Assembly (NCBI GenBank): GCA_023249635.1
Contig: JAHFCH010000008.1
Location: 2,810 to 66,809, forward strand
DNA: 64,000 bases
Source of the DNA: Fibrobacterota bacterium
GTDB taxonomy: Bacteria; Fibrobacterota; Fibrobacteria; UBA11236
Direction: 5' to 3'
Shown here: positions 18,327-28,032 of the stretch, piece by piece
Position numbering within the stretch: the first letter of the stretch is position 1
Layout of the letters: every line of letters starts with the position of its first letter
The notes under the pieces: generated by a model
What the model was told of the DNA's origin: nothing
Seen by the model: the letters and a program-made list of their open reading frames with translations, nothing else
Database searches by the model: none
Position numbers and translations under genes: made by a program

Positions 18327-19172
18327 ATGCGCATACTCCCGCTTCCTAACGCCCTCGCGCTGATGACGGCCCTGCTGGCGGCCCCGATGCAACGGGCCTG
18401 GGGAGCCGATGCCTCCCGGCCCTCGGATATCTACTCCCTGTCTGGTCGGGACTATGCTCTGGTCCCGGTTTCCCTGGCCATCGGCATCGCCGGGCAATTG
18501 GCCTATCGCGGCATGACCCCGGCCGATACCGGCGCTCTGGACAAGCAAAAGGATCTCTGGGCCATGGACAGGTGGGCCGCCGGATACCATTCCCATCTGG
18601 CCGACCTCTCCAGCGACCTGGCCATCTATCCGCTGGTATGCCTTCCGGGCCTGGTCAGCGCCTGGGAGCTGGCCCAGGGCCGCCAGAGCTGGGGCGGCGC
18701 CATCGCCGATGCCGTGGTCTTCACCGAAGCCATGTCGCTTTCCTCCGGGCTCGATCTGTGGGTGCGCTCATTGCAAGTGCATCCCCGCCCCCTGGTTTAC
18801 GATCGCAAGGTACCCGCCTCGGAACGCCTTAGCCCGGAAGCCTCGGGAAGCTTCTATTCAGGCCATTCCAACGCCGCTTTCCTCTCCGCCGTATATTTCG
18901 CCTACTCCTGGACGCTGCGCAATCCGGGTTCGGACAAGCAGGGTTGGGTCTGGGCGGGCAGCCTGGGGGCCGCCTCCATCGTGGCGGGCTTGCGTATCGG
19001 GGCCGGCAAGCATTACCTGTCCGACGTGTTGGTTGGGGCCGCGGCGGGCTCGTTCTTCGGATTCGCCTTCCCCTGGCTGCATCGGCACGGGGGCGAAGGC
19101 GGCGGGATGCCCGCCGTAGGCGTAGGCATGGCGGGCCCGCGGCCCTATCCCATGCTGGCCTGGACCTTCTGA
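18327..19172 (+). CDS. PAP2-family membrane phosphatase
   Basis: Carries the PAP2 motifs SGHS (FYSGHSNAAF) and R...H..D (GLRIGAGKHYLSDVLVGA). The protein is hydrophobic. Start chosen at MRILPLP. Confidence 0.65.
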   Translation: MRILPLPNALALMTALLAAPMQRAWGADASRPSDIYSLSGRDYALVPVSLAIGIAGQLAYRGMTPADTGALDKQKDLWAMDRWAAGYHSHLADLSSDLAIYPLVCLPGLVSAWELAQGRQSWGGAIADAVVFTEAMSLSSGLDLWVRSLQVHPRPLVYDRKVPASERLSPEASGSFYSGHSNAAFLSAVYFAYSWTLRNPGSDKQGWVWAGSLGAASIVAGLRIGAGKHYLSDVLVGAAAGSFFGFAFPWLHRHGGEGGGMPAVGVGMAGPRPYPMLAWTF

Positions 19173-19177
19173 AAAAA

Positions 19178-21928
19178 TTATTTGAGGTTTGAAGAAGGAC
19201 CGCGCACGGCGAAACCGCCGGTCTCGATCAGCTTACGGGCCGCGGTATCTTCCAGAGGCCTGGAGAAATAGTAACCCTGGCCGTATTGGCAGGAAAGCTG
19301 GTGCAGCAGGGCCCATTGCTCCGCCGTTTCGATGCCTTCCGCCACCACATCCATACCCAGGTTCTTCGCCAGGGAATTGATCACCTTCACGATTTCCGCG
19401 TCCTTATCCCCGTCTTCCATCTTCATGACGAAGGAACGATCGATCTTCAGATTATGGAACGGGAAGCGGTGCAGATAGCTGAGGGATGAATAGCCCGTGC
19501 CGAAATCGTCCAGGCTCAGGTGGATGCCCATGGCGCGCAACTGGTTGAGGATGGCCGCGGCCTTATCGGGATTCTCCATGATGGCGCTCTCGGTCACTTC
19601 CAGCTTCAAGGAAGCGGGCGCCACGCCGGCCTCCTGGAGGATGGCGCCGATCTGCCGCACGATATCCATATCCTGCAATTGCTTGCCGGAAAGGTTCACG
19701 CTCATGGTCAGGTCCTTCCCGCCCTCGAACAGGCGCTGCCATTCGGCCAACTGCTTGCAGGATTGCCATAGCACCCAGCGGCCGATGGGGACGATATGCC
19801 CGGTATCTTCGGCCAGGGGAATGAAGTCGGCGGGGGAAACCAGGCCCAGCTTGGGATGATGCCAGCGGATCAACGCTTCGAAACCCATCAGTCGGCTGTC
19901 GGTAAGGGAAACGATGGGCTGGTAATTGAGGCGGAATTCCATCCGCTCCAGAGCCCGGCGCAAGTCGGTCTCCAAGGTCAGCCGATGCACGGCCTTGGCG
20001 TGCATGGAGGAGTCGAACATCTCGTAACGGCCCTTGCCGGCCGATTTCGCGCGGTGCATGGCGGTATCGCCTTCGCGCAACAGGTCCTCGGGGCTCGTGG
20101 TCTGGGCGCCGCCTACGGCGATGCCTATGCTCGCTCCCGCGAAAATCTCCTGGCCATCGAGATCGAATCCCAGGGAAAGCGCCTCTTGCATCCGCTCCGC
20201 CAAGGTGGTGGCGTGCCCGAAATCCTTAAGCTCATCCACCAAGATGCAGAATTCGTCGCCCGACAGGCGCGCCAGCGTGGTGCCCGCCGGCAGAAAGGCC
20301 AACAGCCGCCGCGCGAAAGCCACCAACATGTGATCGCCATGGGCATGGCCCAGGCTGTCGTTGATGGTCTTGAAGCGATCCAGATCCATGACCATGACCG
20401 CGCACATGGTGCCGGGCTTGCGGCGTACGCGCTCCAGGGTGCGTCCCAGCCGCTCGATGAGCAGGGTGCGGTTGGGCAGGCCAGTCAGGGCATCGTGGAG
20501 CGAGCCGTGGATCAGCTGCTCCTCCATACGCTTACGCTGGGTCACGTCGACCACGGTGCCTTCGCAATAATCCAGGCTACCGTCCGGCTTGAGCACCGCG
20601 CGCGCATTCTCCGAAATCATGATCAGGGAACCGTCCTTGCGACGCACCTGGGACTCGAATTCCGTCACCCGTCCGCGTTCGCGCAGGCCGCTTACGAACT
20701 CGGCGCGGCGTTGGGGCTCGGTATACAGCACGGTTCCGATATCGCCTACGGCGGCCATCATCTCGCGCGGATCGACGAAGCCGAAAATGCGCGCCAGGGC
20801 GGGATTCACGCCCAGGAAGCGTCCGTCGGGGGTGGATTGGAAGATACCTTCCACCGCATTCTCGAAAATGTTCAGGTACTTGGCCTTGGCATCGGTCAGC
20901 GCCTGGTCGACCTTCTTGCGCTCCAGGGCGTTGATGAAGATCTCCCCCGCCATCTTGAGCACCTGGATATTGTCTTCCGACCAGTTTTTCTGGCGGTGTA
21001 CCGAGTCGAAGCCCAGGTAACCCCGGATGGCGCCGCGGTGGACCATGGGCACGATGACCAACGATTGGATCCCCTCGCGTTCGAATTCTTCGCGCTCGGC
21101 CGCCGCTTCCGGAGGCAGCTCCGAAACCCGGGGCACGTGGATGGTCTGGAAGGAGCGGATCTTTTCCATGAACCAGGGATAGCGGGAGACCCGCAAGCCT
21201 TTGAGGCTGTCGATTTGGGGCTCAACGCCGCGTGAACACCATTCGTGGGTATTGTCCACCATGCCCTGGTCGGCCGAGAACATGAAAATATAGCAGCGAT
21301 CCACGGCCGCGAATTCGCCCAAGGCATGCAAGGCGTAATTTACCCCCATGTCGATGCGATCGCTGGGAAGGTGGATGAAATGCGTGGAGATGGAAGTGAT
21401 CAGGTTCTCGAAGCGGATGCGCGACTGCAGTTCATCCTGCGCCGTGCGGTGCCGGGCTTCGCTCTCGCGCAAGGCCAGGTCCGAATCGCGCCGCGAGGAA
21501 AGATCGCGCGCCATGATCAGGCGCAAGCCCCCGGCATGGGCGGCGAAAGCCCCGGAGGAGAATTCCACCGGCACGCGAGAACCGTCGGGGCGCTGGGCCT
21601 CGGTTTCATGGCGGCGGGCGGCAAGGTCGTCGGTGGCCGAAGCGAAAGGCCATTCGCAGGAGAGCAAGGCGGGGGCGGTCGCGCCTACGGCCTTGGCGGC
21701 AGGAATCCCGAACAGCGCCTCGGCGCCGTCATTCCAAAAACGGATGGCTCCCGAGCCATCGCAAATGAACATGGCTTCCTGGGACGTGAGGAAAAGATCA
21801 AGCAGGCCCGCCGGTTCAGCGGTACCGGGACGCCAATCAGCGGACGCGGAGCCGTTTGCCGGCGCGGCGGATGCGGGGCGATCTTCCGTCTGCGCCTGCT
21901 GGCGCCTTTTCCCTGGCGTGCGTTCCAA
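19178..21928 (-). CDS. PAS-GAF-PAS-GGDEF-EAL c-di-GMP signalling protein
   Basis: The GGDEF-type domain has the variant motif RLSGDEFCILV. The EAL domain contains FEALIRWHHP...DDFGTGYSSLSYL. PAS and GAF regions lie upstream. Confidence 0.85.
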   Translation of the reverse strand: MERTPGKRRQQAQTEDRPASAAPANGSASADWRPGTAEPAGLLDLFLTSQEAMFICDGSGAIRFWNDGAEALFGIPAAKAVGATAPALLSCEWPFASATDDLAARRHETEAQRPDGSRVPVEFSSGAFAAHAGGLRLIMARDLSSRRDSDLALRESEARHRTAQDELQSRIRFENLITSISTHFIHLPSDRIDMGVNYALHALGEFAAVDRCYIFMFSADQGMVDNTHEWCSRGVEPQIDSLKGLRVSRYPWFMEKIRSFQTIHVPRVSELPPEAAAEREEFEREGIQSLVIVPMVHRGAIRGYLGFDSVHRQKNWSEDNIQVLKMAGEIFINALERKKVDQALTDAKAKYLNIFENAVEGIFQSTPDGRFLGVNPALARIFGFVDPREMMAAVGDIGTVLYTEPQRRAEFVSGLRERGRVTEFESQVRRKDGSLIMISENARAVLKPDGSLDYCEGTVVDVTQRKRMEEQLIHGSLHDALTGLPNRTLLIERLGRTLERVRRKPGTMCAVMVMDLDRFKTINDSLGHAHGDHMLVAFARRLLAFLPAGTTLARLSGDEFCILVDELKDFGHATTLAERMQEALSLGFDLDGQEIFAGASIGIAVGGAQTTSPEDLLREGDTAMHRAKSAGKGRYEMFDSSMHAKAVHRLTLETDLRRALERMEFRLNYQPIVSLTDSRLMGFEALIRWHHPKLGLVSPADFIPLAEDTGHIVPIGRWVLWQSCKQLAEWQRLFEGGKDLTMSVNLSGKQLQDMDIVRQIGAILQEAGVAPASLKLEVTESAIMENPDKAAAILNQLRAMGIHLSLDDFGTGYSSLSYLHRFPFHNLKIDRSFVMKMEDGDKDAEIVKVINSLAKNLGMDVVAEGIETAEQWALLHQLSCQYGQGYYFSRPLEDTAARKLIETGGFAVRGPSSNLK

Positions 21929-22151
21929 AGTGCTCCCCGGCGGGCCGAAGCCCGTTCCCCGCGTGTTACCCGTGGTCGTTTATCCTCAACAACTATACGG
22001 GGGGGAAGCGGAACGCGGCAAGCCGGAGAGCACGGGAGCGCCCCCCGGCCATCCCGGGAAGGCCCGGGATTTGGGGAATTAGAGGATGTCCGCGGCACCG
22101 GACGGGGAGTATGGGAGGGAGGGCCGTCAAGCCCGGCCCGGATCACCAGGA

Positions 22152-23009
22152 TTAATGGCCGCCGATGAGGCTGAGCACGCCCTGCGGGATCTGGTTGGCC
22201 TGCGCCAACATCGAGGTCGCGCTCTGCATCAGGATCTGGGCTCGGGTAAACTCGGTGGTTTCCTGCGCGAAATCCACGTCGCGGATGCGGCTTTCCGCGT
22301 CCTGCGTATTGTAGAGCTGGTTGCCCAGGTTGCTGATGGCGAACTCCAGGCGATTTACGTAGGCGCCCATATCGGCGCGCATGGTGTTCACCGAACGGAC
22401 CGCGTTATCGATGATCGAGAGCGCCGCCAGCGCCGAGGACGAAGTGCTCACCGCCGTGGTCGTCGGGCTCATGCCCAACGCGCCCAGGGTCATGGCCGTG
22501 ATGGTGATGCTGATGCGATCCACGGTCGTGCTCGAGCCCGAACCGATATGCAACACCGAGGCCGCTCCGCCCATCACGCCGAATGATCCAGCCGCTCCGT
22601 CCAACAAGGTCATGCCGTTGTACGAGGCCGAAGTCGAGATGCGGGTGATTTCCGACATCAACTGCCCGAATTCCTTATCCGTATACGCGCGTTCCGTGGT
22701 CGTCATCGTATCCGTGGAACTCTGGATGGCGAGCTCGCGCAAGCGCTGGAGGATGTTGTTCACCTCTCCGGTCGCGCCTTCCGCTATCTGCAGCAGAGCG
22801 ATCCCGTCTTCGGCATTGCTCTTGGCGCGTCCGAGGCCGCGGATCTTGCTCCGCAGCGATTCGGACACCGACAAGCCGGCGGCATCATCGGATGCGCGGT
22901 TGATGCGCATGCCGGTCGAAAGTTTCTCAAGGGACTTCTGCAGGGACTTCGTCTGGTTAGTCAGCGAACCCTGCCCGATCATCGAGGAAATATTGTGATT
23001 AATACGCAT
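22152..23009 (-). CDS. flagellin, paralog 1 (subfamily A)
   Basis: MRINHNISSMIGQGSL...RINRASDDAAGLSVSESLRSKIRGL at the N-terminus and ...QSATSMLAQANQIPQGVLSLIGGH at the C-terminus are flagellin D0/D1 ends. Length 285 aa. Confidence 0.9.
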   Translation of the reverse strand: MRINHNISSMIGQGSLTNQTKSLQKSLEKLSTGMRINRASDDAAGLSVSESLRSKIRGLGRAKSNAEDGIALLQIAEGATGEVNNILQRLRELAIQSSTDTMTTTERAYTDKEFGQLMSEITRISTSASYNGMTLLDGAAGSFGVMGGAASVLHIGSGSSTTVDRISITITAMTLGALGMSPTTTAVSTSSSALAALSIIDNAVRSVNTMRADMGAYVNRLEFAISNLGNQLYNTQDAESRIRDVDFAQETTEFTRAQILMQSATSMLAQANQIPQGVLSLIGGH

Positions 23010-23048
23010 TAGGCTAAGCCTCCCGTTCTTCTCCTCAGTTCATCGGGG

Positions 23049-23080
23049 GCTTATGCAAACGGCATTAAGAGCCTTTAGAG
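23049..23080 (-). promoter_or_regulatory. putative sigma-28 (FliA)-type promoter for flagellin 1
   Basis: The minus strand reads CTAAAG-N16-GCATAAG, with GGAGG about 60 nt downstream before the ATG. The -10 is weaker than for paralogs 3 to 6. Confidence 0.3.
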
Positions 23081-23258
23081 GGGTCTCTTGCGTTACTGCG
23101 GGAGTTGCAGGCAGAATCTGCCGGAGGCTGTGATCCTGGACACACTCGGAGGCGAGGGCCCGGGAAACCGTCGGGCCGGGAGGGCGAATCCTCCCGGCCG
23201 TTCAGTTGGGGTTGTAGCGGAAAGCCTTAAAAGACTTAAGGCCCGCCGGCTGCGCCTA

Positions 23259-24110
23259 TTAGCGGAGCAGCGACAACACGCCCTGAGGGACCTGGTTGGC
23301 TTGCGCCAACATCGAGGTCGCGCTCTGCGTCAGGATCTGCGCGCGGGTAAACTCGGTAGTTTCCTTGGCGAAGTCCACGTCGCGGATGCGGCTCTCGGCG
23401 TCCTGCGTGTTGTAAATCTGGTTGCCCAGATTGCTGATCGCGAACTCAAGACGGTTCACGTACGCGCCCATATCGGAACGCATGGTGTTCACAGACTTGA
23501 TGGCTGTGTCGATCAAGGACAGCGAGGACAGGGCCCCGGCCGAGGTCGAAACCGTGGTGGTGGTCGCGTTCAGGCCCAAAGCGCCCAGGGTCATGGCGTT
23601 CACCGTGATCGAGAGACGATCCGTGCTCGCGCTGGAGCCGGCACCGATGTGCAGCACCGAAGCCGAGCCGCCGGAAACGCCGAACGAAGCCGATCCGCCG
23701 TCCAACAGCGTCATGCCGTTGTACGAGGCCGAGTTCGAAATACGGGTGATTTCAGACATCAACTGTCCGAATTCCTTATCCGTATACGACCGTTCCGTGG
23801 TGGTCATGGTATCCGTGGAGCTCTGGATGGAGAGTTCGCGCATACGTTGCAGGATGTTGTTGATTTCGCCAGTGGCGCCTTCAGCAATCTGCACGAGCGC
23901 GATGCCGTCTTCGGCATTGCCCTTGGCGCGGCCCATGCCGCGGATCTTGGAGCGCAGCGATTCCGACACCGAAAGGCCGGCGGCGTCATCCGAAGCGCGG
24001 TTGATCCGCAAGCCGGTCGACAGTTTCTCAAGGGATTTGCCCAGCGAGGTCTGCTGAGTATTCAGCGACCCCTGGCCGATCATCGAGGAAATATTATGAT
24101 TGATTCTCAT
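23259..24110 (-). CDS. flagellin, paralog 2 (subfamily B)
   Basis: Same flagellin termini as paralog 1. Start at the MRINHNISSM Met; the 13 upstream in-frame codons lack a ribosome-binding site. Confidence 0.9.
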   Translation of the reverse strand: MRINHNISSMIGQGSLNTQQTSLGKSLEKLSTGLRINRASDDAAGLSVSESLRSKIRGMGRAKGNAEDGIALVQIAEGATGEINNILQRMRELSIQSSTDTMTTTERSYTDKEFGQLMSEITRISNSASYNGMTLLDGGSASFGVSGGSASVLHIGAGSSASTDRLSITVNAMTLGALGLNATTTTVSTSAGALSSLSLIDTAIKSVNTMRSDMGAYVNRLEFAISNLGNQIYNTQDAESRIRDVDFAKETTEFTRAQILTQSATSMLAQANQVPQGVLSLLR

Positions 24111-24354
24111 CGAAAAAACCTCCGTGTTAATTTGAACCGGAGCATCCATGCTCCAGTGGCCCGATCATGCCGGGACCTATTTAGTTGTCGGTATCCTTAG
24201 ACCGGAACATGAGGGTTTACTGGAATTTTTTTCTCACTTCCACGGCAGGTTTTGCCCCGATCGGCCCGGGCGCGCCGGAATCGCCATCCCCCCTCAAACG
24301 CACCCGGCAATACTTGCAGCGCAACTTGAAGCGAAGCTTGAACTTTTCCCCAGC

Positions 24355-24388
24355 AACGCGAAAAGCCGGGAGGCGATCCTCCCGGCTT
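24355..24388 (-). terminator. rho-independent terminator after flagellin 3
   Basis: Hairpin GCCGGGAGG-cgat-CCTCCCGGC, followed on the minus strand by TTTTCG. Confidence 0.45.
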
Positions 24389-24426
24389 GCGATTGTTGCG
24401 TTGCTTGCGCCGGCTTAAGCTTGCGC

Positions 24427-25281
24427 TTAGCGGGCGAGCAGGGACAGAACGCCTTGCGGTACCTGGTTGGCCTGGGCCAACATCGAGGTCGCGCTCTGCG
24501 TCAGGATCTGCGCGCGGGTAAACTCGGTGGTTTCCTTTGCGAAGTCCACGTCCCGGATACGGCTTTCCGCATCCTGCGTATTATAGATCTGGTTGCCCAG
24601 ATTGCTGATGGCGAACTCGAGACGGTTCACGTACGCGCCCATATCGGAACGCATGGTGTTCACAGACTTGATGGCTGTGTCGATCAAGGACAGCGAGGAC
24701 AGGGCCCCGGCCGAGGTCGAAACCGTGGTCGTGGTCGCGTTGAGGCCCAAGGCGCCCAAGGTCATGGCATTCACCGTAATCGACAAGCGATCGGTGGAGG
24801 TGCTTGAACCCGAACCGATATGGAGCACCGAAGCGCCGCCGCCGGATACGCCGAACGAAGCCGAGCCGCCGTCCAACAGCGTCATGCCGTTGTACGAGGC
24901 CGAGTTCGAAATACGGGTGATTTCGGACATCAACTGCCCGAATTCCTTGTCCGTATACGACCGTTCCGTGGTGGTCATGGTATCCGTCGAGCTCTGGATG
25001 GAGAGTTCGCGCATACGTTGCAGGATATTGTTGATTTCTCCGGTGGCGCCTTCCGCGATCTGAACCAGGGCGATACCGTCTTCGGCGTTGCTCTTGGCGC
25101 GGCCCATGCCGCGGATCTTGGAACGAAGCGATTCCGACACCGAAAGGCCGGCGGCGTCATCCGACGCGCGGTTGATCCGCAAGCCCGTACTCAGCTTCTC
25201 CAACGATTTGCCGAGGGAGGTTTGCTGCGTTGACAGCGACCCCTGGCCAATCATGGAAGAAATATTATGGTTGATTCTCAT
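24427..25281 (-). CDS. flagellin, paralog 3 (subfamily B)
   Basis: 284-aa flagellin, about 95% identical in protein sequence to paralog 2. Confidence 0.9.
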   Translation of the reverse strand: MRINHNISSMIGQGSLSTQQTSLGKSLEKLSTGLRINRASDDAAGLSVSESLRSKIRGMGRAKSNAEDGIALVQIAEGATGEINNILQRMRELSIQSSTDTMTTTERSYTDKEFGQLMSEITRISNSASYNGMTLLDGGSASFGVSGGGASVLHIGSGSSTSTDRLSITVNAMTLGALGLNATTTTVSTSAGALSSLSLIDTAIKSVNTMRSDMGAYVNRLEFAISNLGNQIYNTQDAESRIRDVDFAKETTEFTRAQILTQSATSMLAQANQVPQGVLSLLAR

Positions 25282-25354
25282 TAGGAAAGACCTCCATGTG
25301 TTCCCGTTCCGAGGACATCCTTGCCTCGTGGGCCCGGTATGCTGGGCCCTGTTA

Positions 25355-25386
25355 ACTTATCGGAGGCCTTTAAGTTGTCCTTTAAC
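25355..25386 (-). promoter_or_regulatory. sigma-28-type promoter for flagellin 3
   Basis: The minus strand reads TAAAGG-N15/16-CCGATAAG, a near-consensus FliA promoter (TAAA-N15-GCCGATAA). It sits about 70 nt upstream of GGAGG and the ATG. Confidence 0.5.
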
Positions 25387-25479
25387 TTTTTCCGCAGGTA
25401 TTTTTTCGGTGAATACCCAGAGATCGCAAATAACGCGATGCGCCGCCCCCCGACGCCCCACCCCGATCGGCTTTATTGG

Positions 25480-25562
25480 CAATACCAAAAACACCGAAGC
25501 CTGGCTGCTTACGCAACCAGGCTCCGGTTTTCGGGGACTAGCGTCCGGTATGACCGGACACG
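25480..25562 (-). terminator. hairpin terminator region after flagellin 4
   Basis: Two hairpins: GTCCGGTatgACCGGAC, and GCCTGGttgcgtaagcaGCCAGGC followed by TTCGGTGTTTTTGG on the minus strand. Confidence 0.4.
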
Positions 25563-25577
25563 AGGGCTAAGCTAGGC

Positions 25578-26429
25578 TTAGCGGAGCAGCGACAGAACCC
25601 CCTGCGGGATCTGGTTGGCTTGCGACAACATCGAGGTCGCGCTCTGCGTCAGGATTTGCGAACGGGTAAACTCGGTGGTTTCCTTCGCAAAGTCCACGTC
25701 GCGGATGCGGCTCTCGGCGTCCTGCGTGTTGTAAATCTGGTTGCCCAGATTGCTGATCGCGAACTCCAGACGGTTCACGTAGGCGCCCATGTCCGAACGC
25801 ATCGTGTTCACCGACTTGATGGCGGTATCGATGAGGGACAGGGACGACAGCGCGCCGGCAGAGGTCGAAACCGTGCTGGTGGTGGAGTTTAGGCCAAGGG
25901 CGCCCAACGTCATGGCGTTCACGGTGATGGAAAGGCGATCCACCGAGGCGTTCGAACCGGCGCCGATATGCAGCACCGAGGAGCCGCCGCCGGAAACGCC
26001 GAAGGAGGCCGAACCACCGTCCAACAGCGTCATGCCGTTGTACGAAGCGGAACTGGAGATACGGGTGATTTCGGACATCAGCTGCCCGAATTCCTTGTCC
26101 GTATAGGACCTTTCCGTGGTGGTCATGGTATCCGTGGAGCTCTGGATGGCGAGTTCGCGCATACGCTGCAGGATGTTGTTGATTTCGCCGGTGGCGCCTT
26201 CAGCAATCTGCACGAGCGCGATGCCGTCTTCGGCGTTGCCCTTGGCGCGGCCCATGCCGCGGATCTTGGAACGAAGGGACTCGGACACCGAAAGGCCGGC
26301 GGCGTCATCCGAAGCGCGGTTGATCCGCAAACCGGTGGACAGCTTTTCCAGGGACTTGCCGAGAGAAGTCTGCTGGGTGGCCAAGGAACCCTGGCCGATC
26401 ATGGACGAAATATTATGGTTAATGCGCAT
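25578..26429 (-). CDS. flagellin, paralog 4 (subfamily B)
   Basis: 283-aa flagellin, nearly identical to paralog 5. Confidence 0.9.
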   Translation of the reverse strand: MRINHNISSMIGQGSLATQQTSLGKSLEKLSTGLRINRASDDAAGLSVSESLRSKIRGMGRAKGNAEDGIALVQIAEGATGEINNILQRMRELAIQSSTDTMTTTERSYTDKEFGQLMSEITRISSSASYNGMTLLDGGSASFGVSGGGSSVLHIGAGSNASVDRLSITVNAMTLGALGLNSTTSTVSTSAGALSSLSLIDTAIKSVNTMRSDMGAYVNRLEFAISNLGNQIYNTQDAESRIRDVDFAKETTEFTRSQILTQSATSMLSQANQIPQGVLSLLR

Positions 26430-26504
26430 GGGGAAAACCTCCGTGTTTTTTTTACTTGGCCCGAAGCGTCCTTGCTTCGAGGTCCCGAATTCGCCGGGAC
26501 ATTA

Positions 26505-26537
26505 GTTTCATCGGAAGGGTTCGAAAAATCCTTTAAC
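26505..26537 (-). promoter_or_regulatory. sigma-28-type promoter for flagellin 4
   Basis: The minus strand reads TAAAGG-N16-CCGATGAA. Confidence 0.45.
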
Positions 26538-26675
26538 ATTTTCGCGAACTTTAATTCCTTCGGGAACTATTTTGACGTCGCCTTCCCGTACGTGCCGTAC
26601 AGCGCCGCGCAAGCGCCAGTCCGCTTGAAGTTGATGTTAATCCATGAAGTGCGCGTTGAAGCGGCGCCCAGGCTT

Positions 26676-26718
26676 TGAAAAGGGGAAACGGAAAAGACCG
26701 CGCCTTGCGGCGCGGCCT
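26676..26718 (-). terminator. rho-independent terminator after flagellin 5
   Basis: Hairpin CCGCGCC-ttg-CGGCGCGG, followed on the minus strand by TCTTTTCCGTTTCCCCTTTT. Confidence 0.5.
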
Positions 26719-26752
26719 AATCACCCGACGGGAAAACCGGGATTTATCCGAC

Positions 26753-27607
26753 TTAGTGGCCCAGCAGGCTGAGCACGCCCTGAGGGATTTGGTTCGCTTG
26801 CGACAACATCGAGGTCGCGCTCTGCGTCAGGATTTGCGAACGGGTAAACTCGGTGGTTTCCTTCGCAAAGTCCACGTCGCGGATGCGGCTCTCGGCGTCC
26901 TGCGTGTTGTAAATCTGGTTGCCCAGATTGCTGATCGCGAACTCCAGACGGTTCACGTAGGCGCCCATGTCCGAACGCATCGTGTTCACCGACTTGATGG
27001 CGGTATCGATGAGGGACAGGGACGACAGCGCGCCGGCAGAGGTCGAAACCGTGCTGGTGGTGGAGTTTAGGCCAAGGGCGCCCAACGTCATGGCGTTCAC
27101 GGTGATGGAAAGGCGATCCACCGAGGCGTTCGAACCGGCGCCGATATGCAGCACCGAGGAGCCGCCGCCGGAAACGCCGAAGGAGGCCGAACCACCGTCC
27201 AACAGCGTCATGCCGTTGTACGAAGCGGAACTGGAGATACGGGTGATTTCGGACATCAGCTGCCCGAATTCCTTGTCCGTATAGGACCTTTCCGTGGTGG
27301 TCATGGTATCCGTGGAGCTCTGGATGGCGAGTTCGCGCATACGCTGCAGGATGTTGTTGATTTCGCCGGTGGCGCCTTCAGCAATCTGCACGAGCGCGAT
27401 GCCGTCTTCGGCATTGCCCTTGGCGCGGCCCATGCCGCGGATCTTGGAACGCAGGGATTCCGACACCGAAAGGCCGGCGGCGTCATCCGAGGCGCGGTTG
27501 ATCCGCAAACCGGTGGACAGCTTTTCCAGTGATTTGCCGAGAGAACCCTGTTGGGTGGCCAAGGAACCCTGGCCAATCATGGACGAAATATTATGGTTAA
27601 TGCGCAT
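26753..27607 (-). CDS. flagellin, paralog 5 (subfamily B)
   Basis: 284-aa flagellin. Confidence 0.9.
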   Translation of the reverse strand: MRINHNISSMIGQGSLATQQGSLGKSLEKLSTGLRINRASDDAAGLSVSESLRSKIRGMGRAKGNAEDGIALVQIAEGATGEINNILQRMRELAIQSSTDTMTTTERSYTDKEFGQLMSEITRISSSASYNGMTLLDGGSASFGVSGGGSSVLHIGAGSNASVDRLSITVNAMTLGALGLNSTTSTVSTSAGALSSLSLIDTAIKSVNTMRSDMGAYVNRLEFAISNLGNQIYNTQDAESRIRDVDFAKETTEFTRSQILTQSATSMLSQANQIPQGVLSLLGH

Positions 27608-27679
27608 GGGGAAAACCTCCGTGTTTTTTTATCTCCCGTCGCTTCCTTGCTCCGGGATCCCGTATTCCACGGGACACTC

Positions 27680-27712
27680 CATTAATCGGCGCGGGTGAAA
27701 AATTCCTTTAGC
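27680..27712 (-). promoter_or_regulatory. sigma-28-type promoter for flagellin 5
   Basis: The minus strand reads TAAAGG-N16-CCGATTAA. Confidence 0.45.
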
Positions 27713-27960
27713 TTTTTCCTCAACTTCAATTTTCCCGGTAAGAATTGTGTTTGCGGTTCTTGCGGCAAGACCCCGAATCCGGCCTGGAATCGGCGGTAAA
27801 ATCAAAGTCCGGACTTAAACCATTGAGCCTATCATGCAGCCCGCCTTCAAGGGGGACTGGAGGGAACGCATTAAGCAGGGTACGCAGCCGCGGGAATAGG
27901 GAAAAACTGTTCCTCGGGAAAACGGAAAAGACCTCGCTGGGTGAGCGCGGTCTTTTTGCA

Positions 27961-27999
27961 CGGAAAATGGAAGAGGCCGCGTCCATGGGACGCGGCCTC
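27961..27999 (-). terminator. rho-independent terminator after flagellin 6
   Basis: An 11-bp perfect stem (GAGGCCGCGTC-catgg-GACGCGGCCTC), followed on the minus strand by TTCCATTTTCC. Confidence 0.5.
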
Positions 28000-28032
28000 T
28001 TCACCCGACGGGAGGTTCGGGATTTAGTGCTC

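Noticed and set aside
23259-24149. Extended 296-aa form of flagellin 2 (MDAPVQINTEVFSM-MRINHN...)
   Set aside because: All six paralogs start at MRINHNISSM preceded by GGAGG. The 13 extra codons have no ribosome-binding site and overlap the 5' leader, so the shorter start was preferred.
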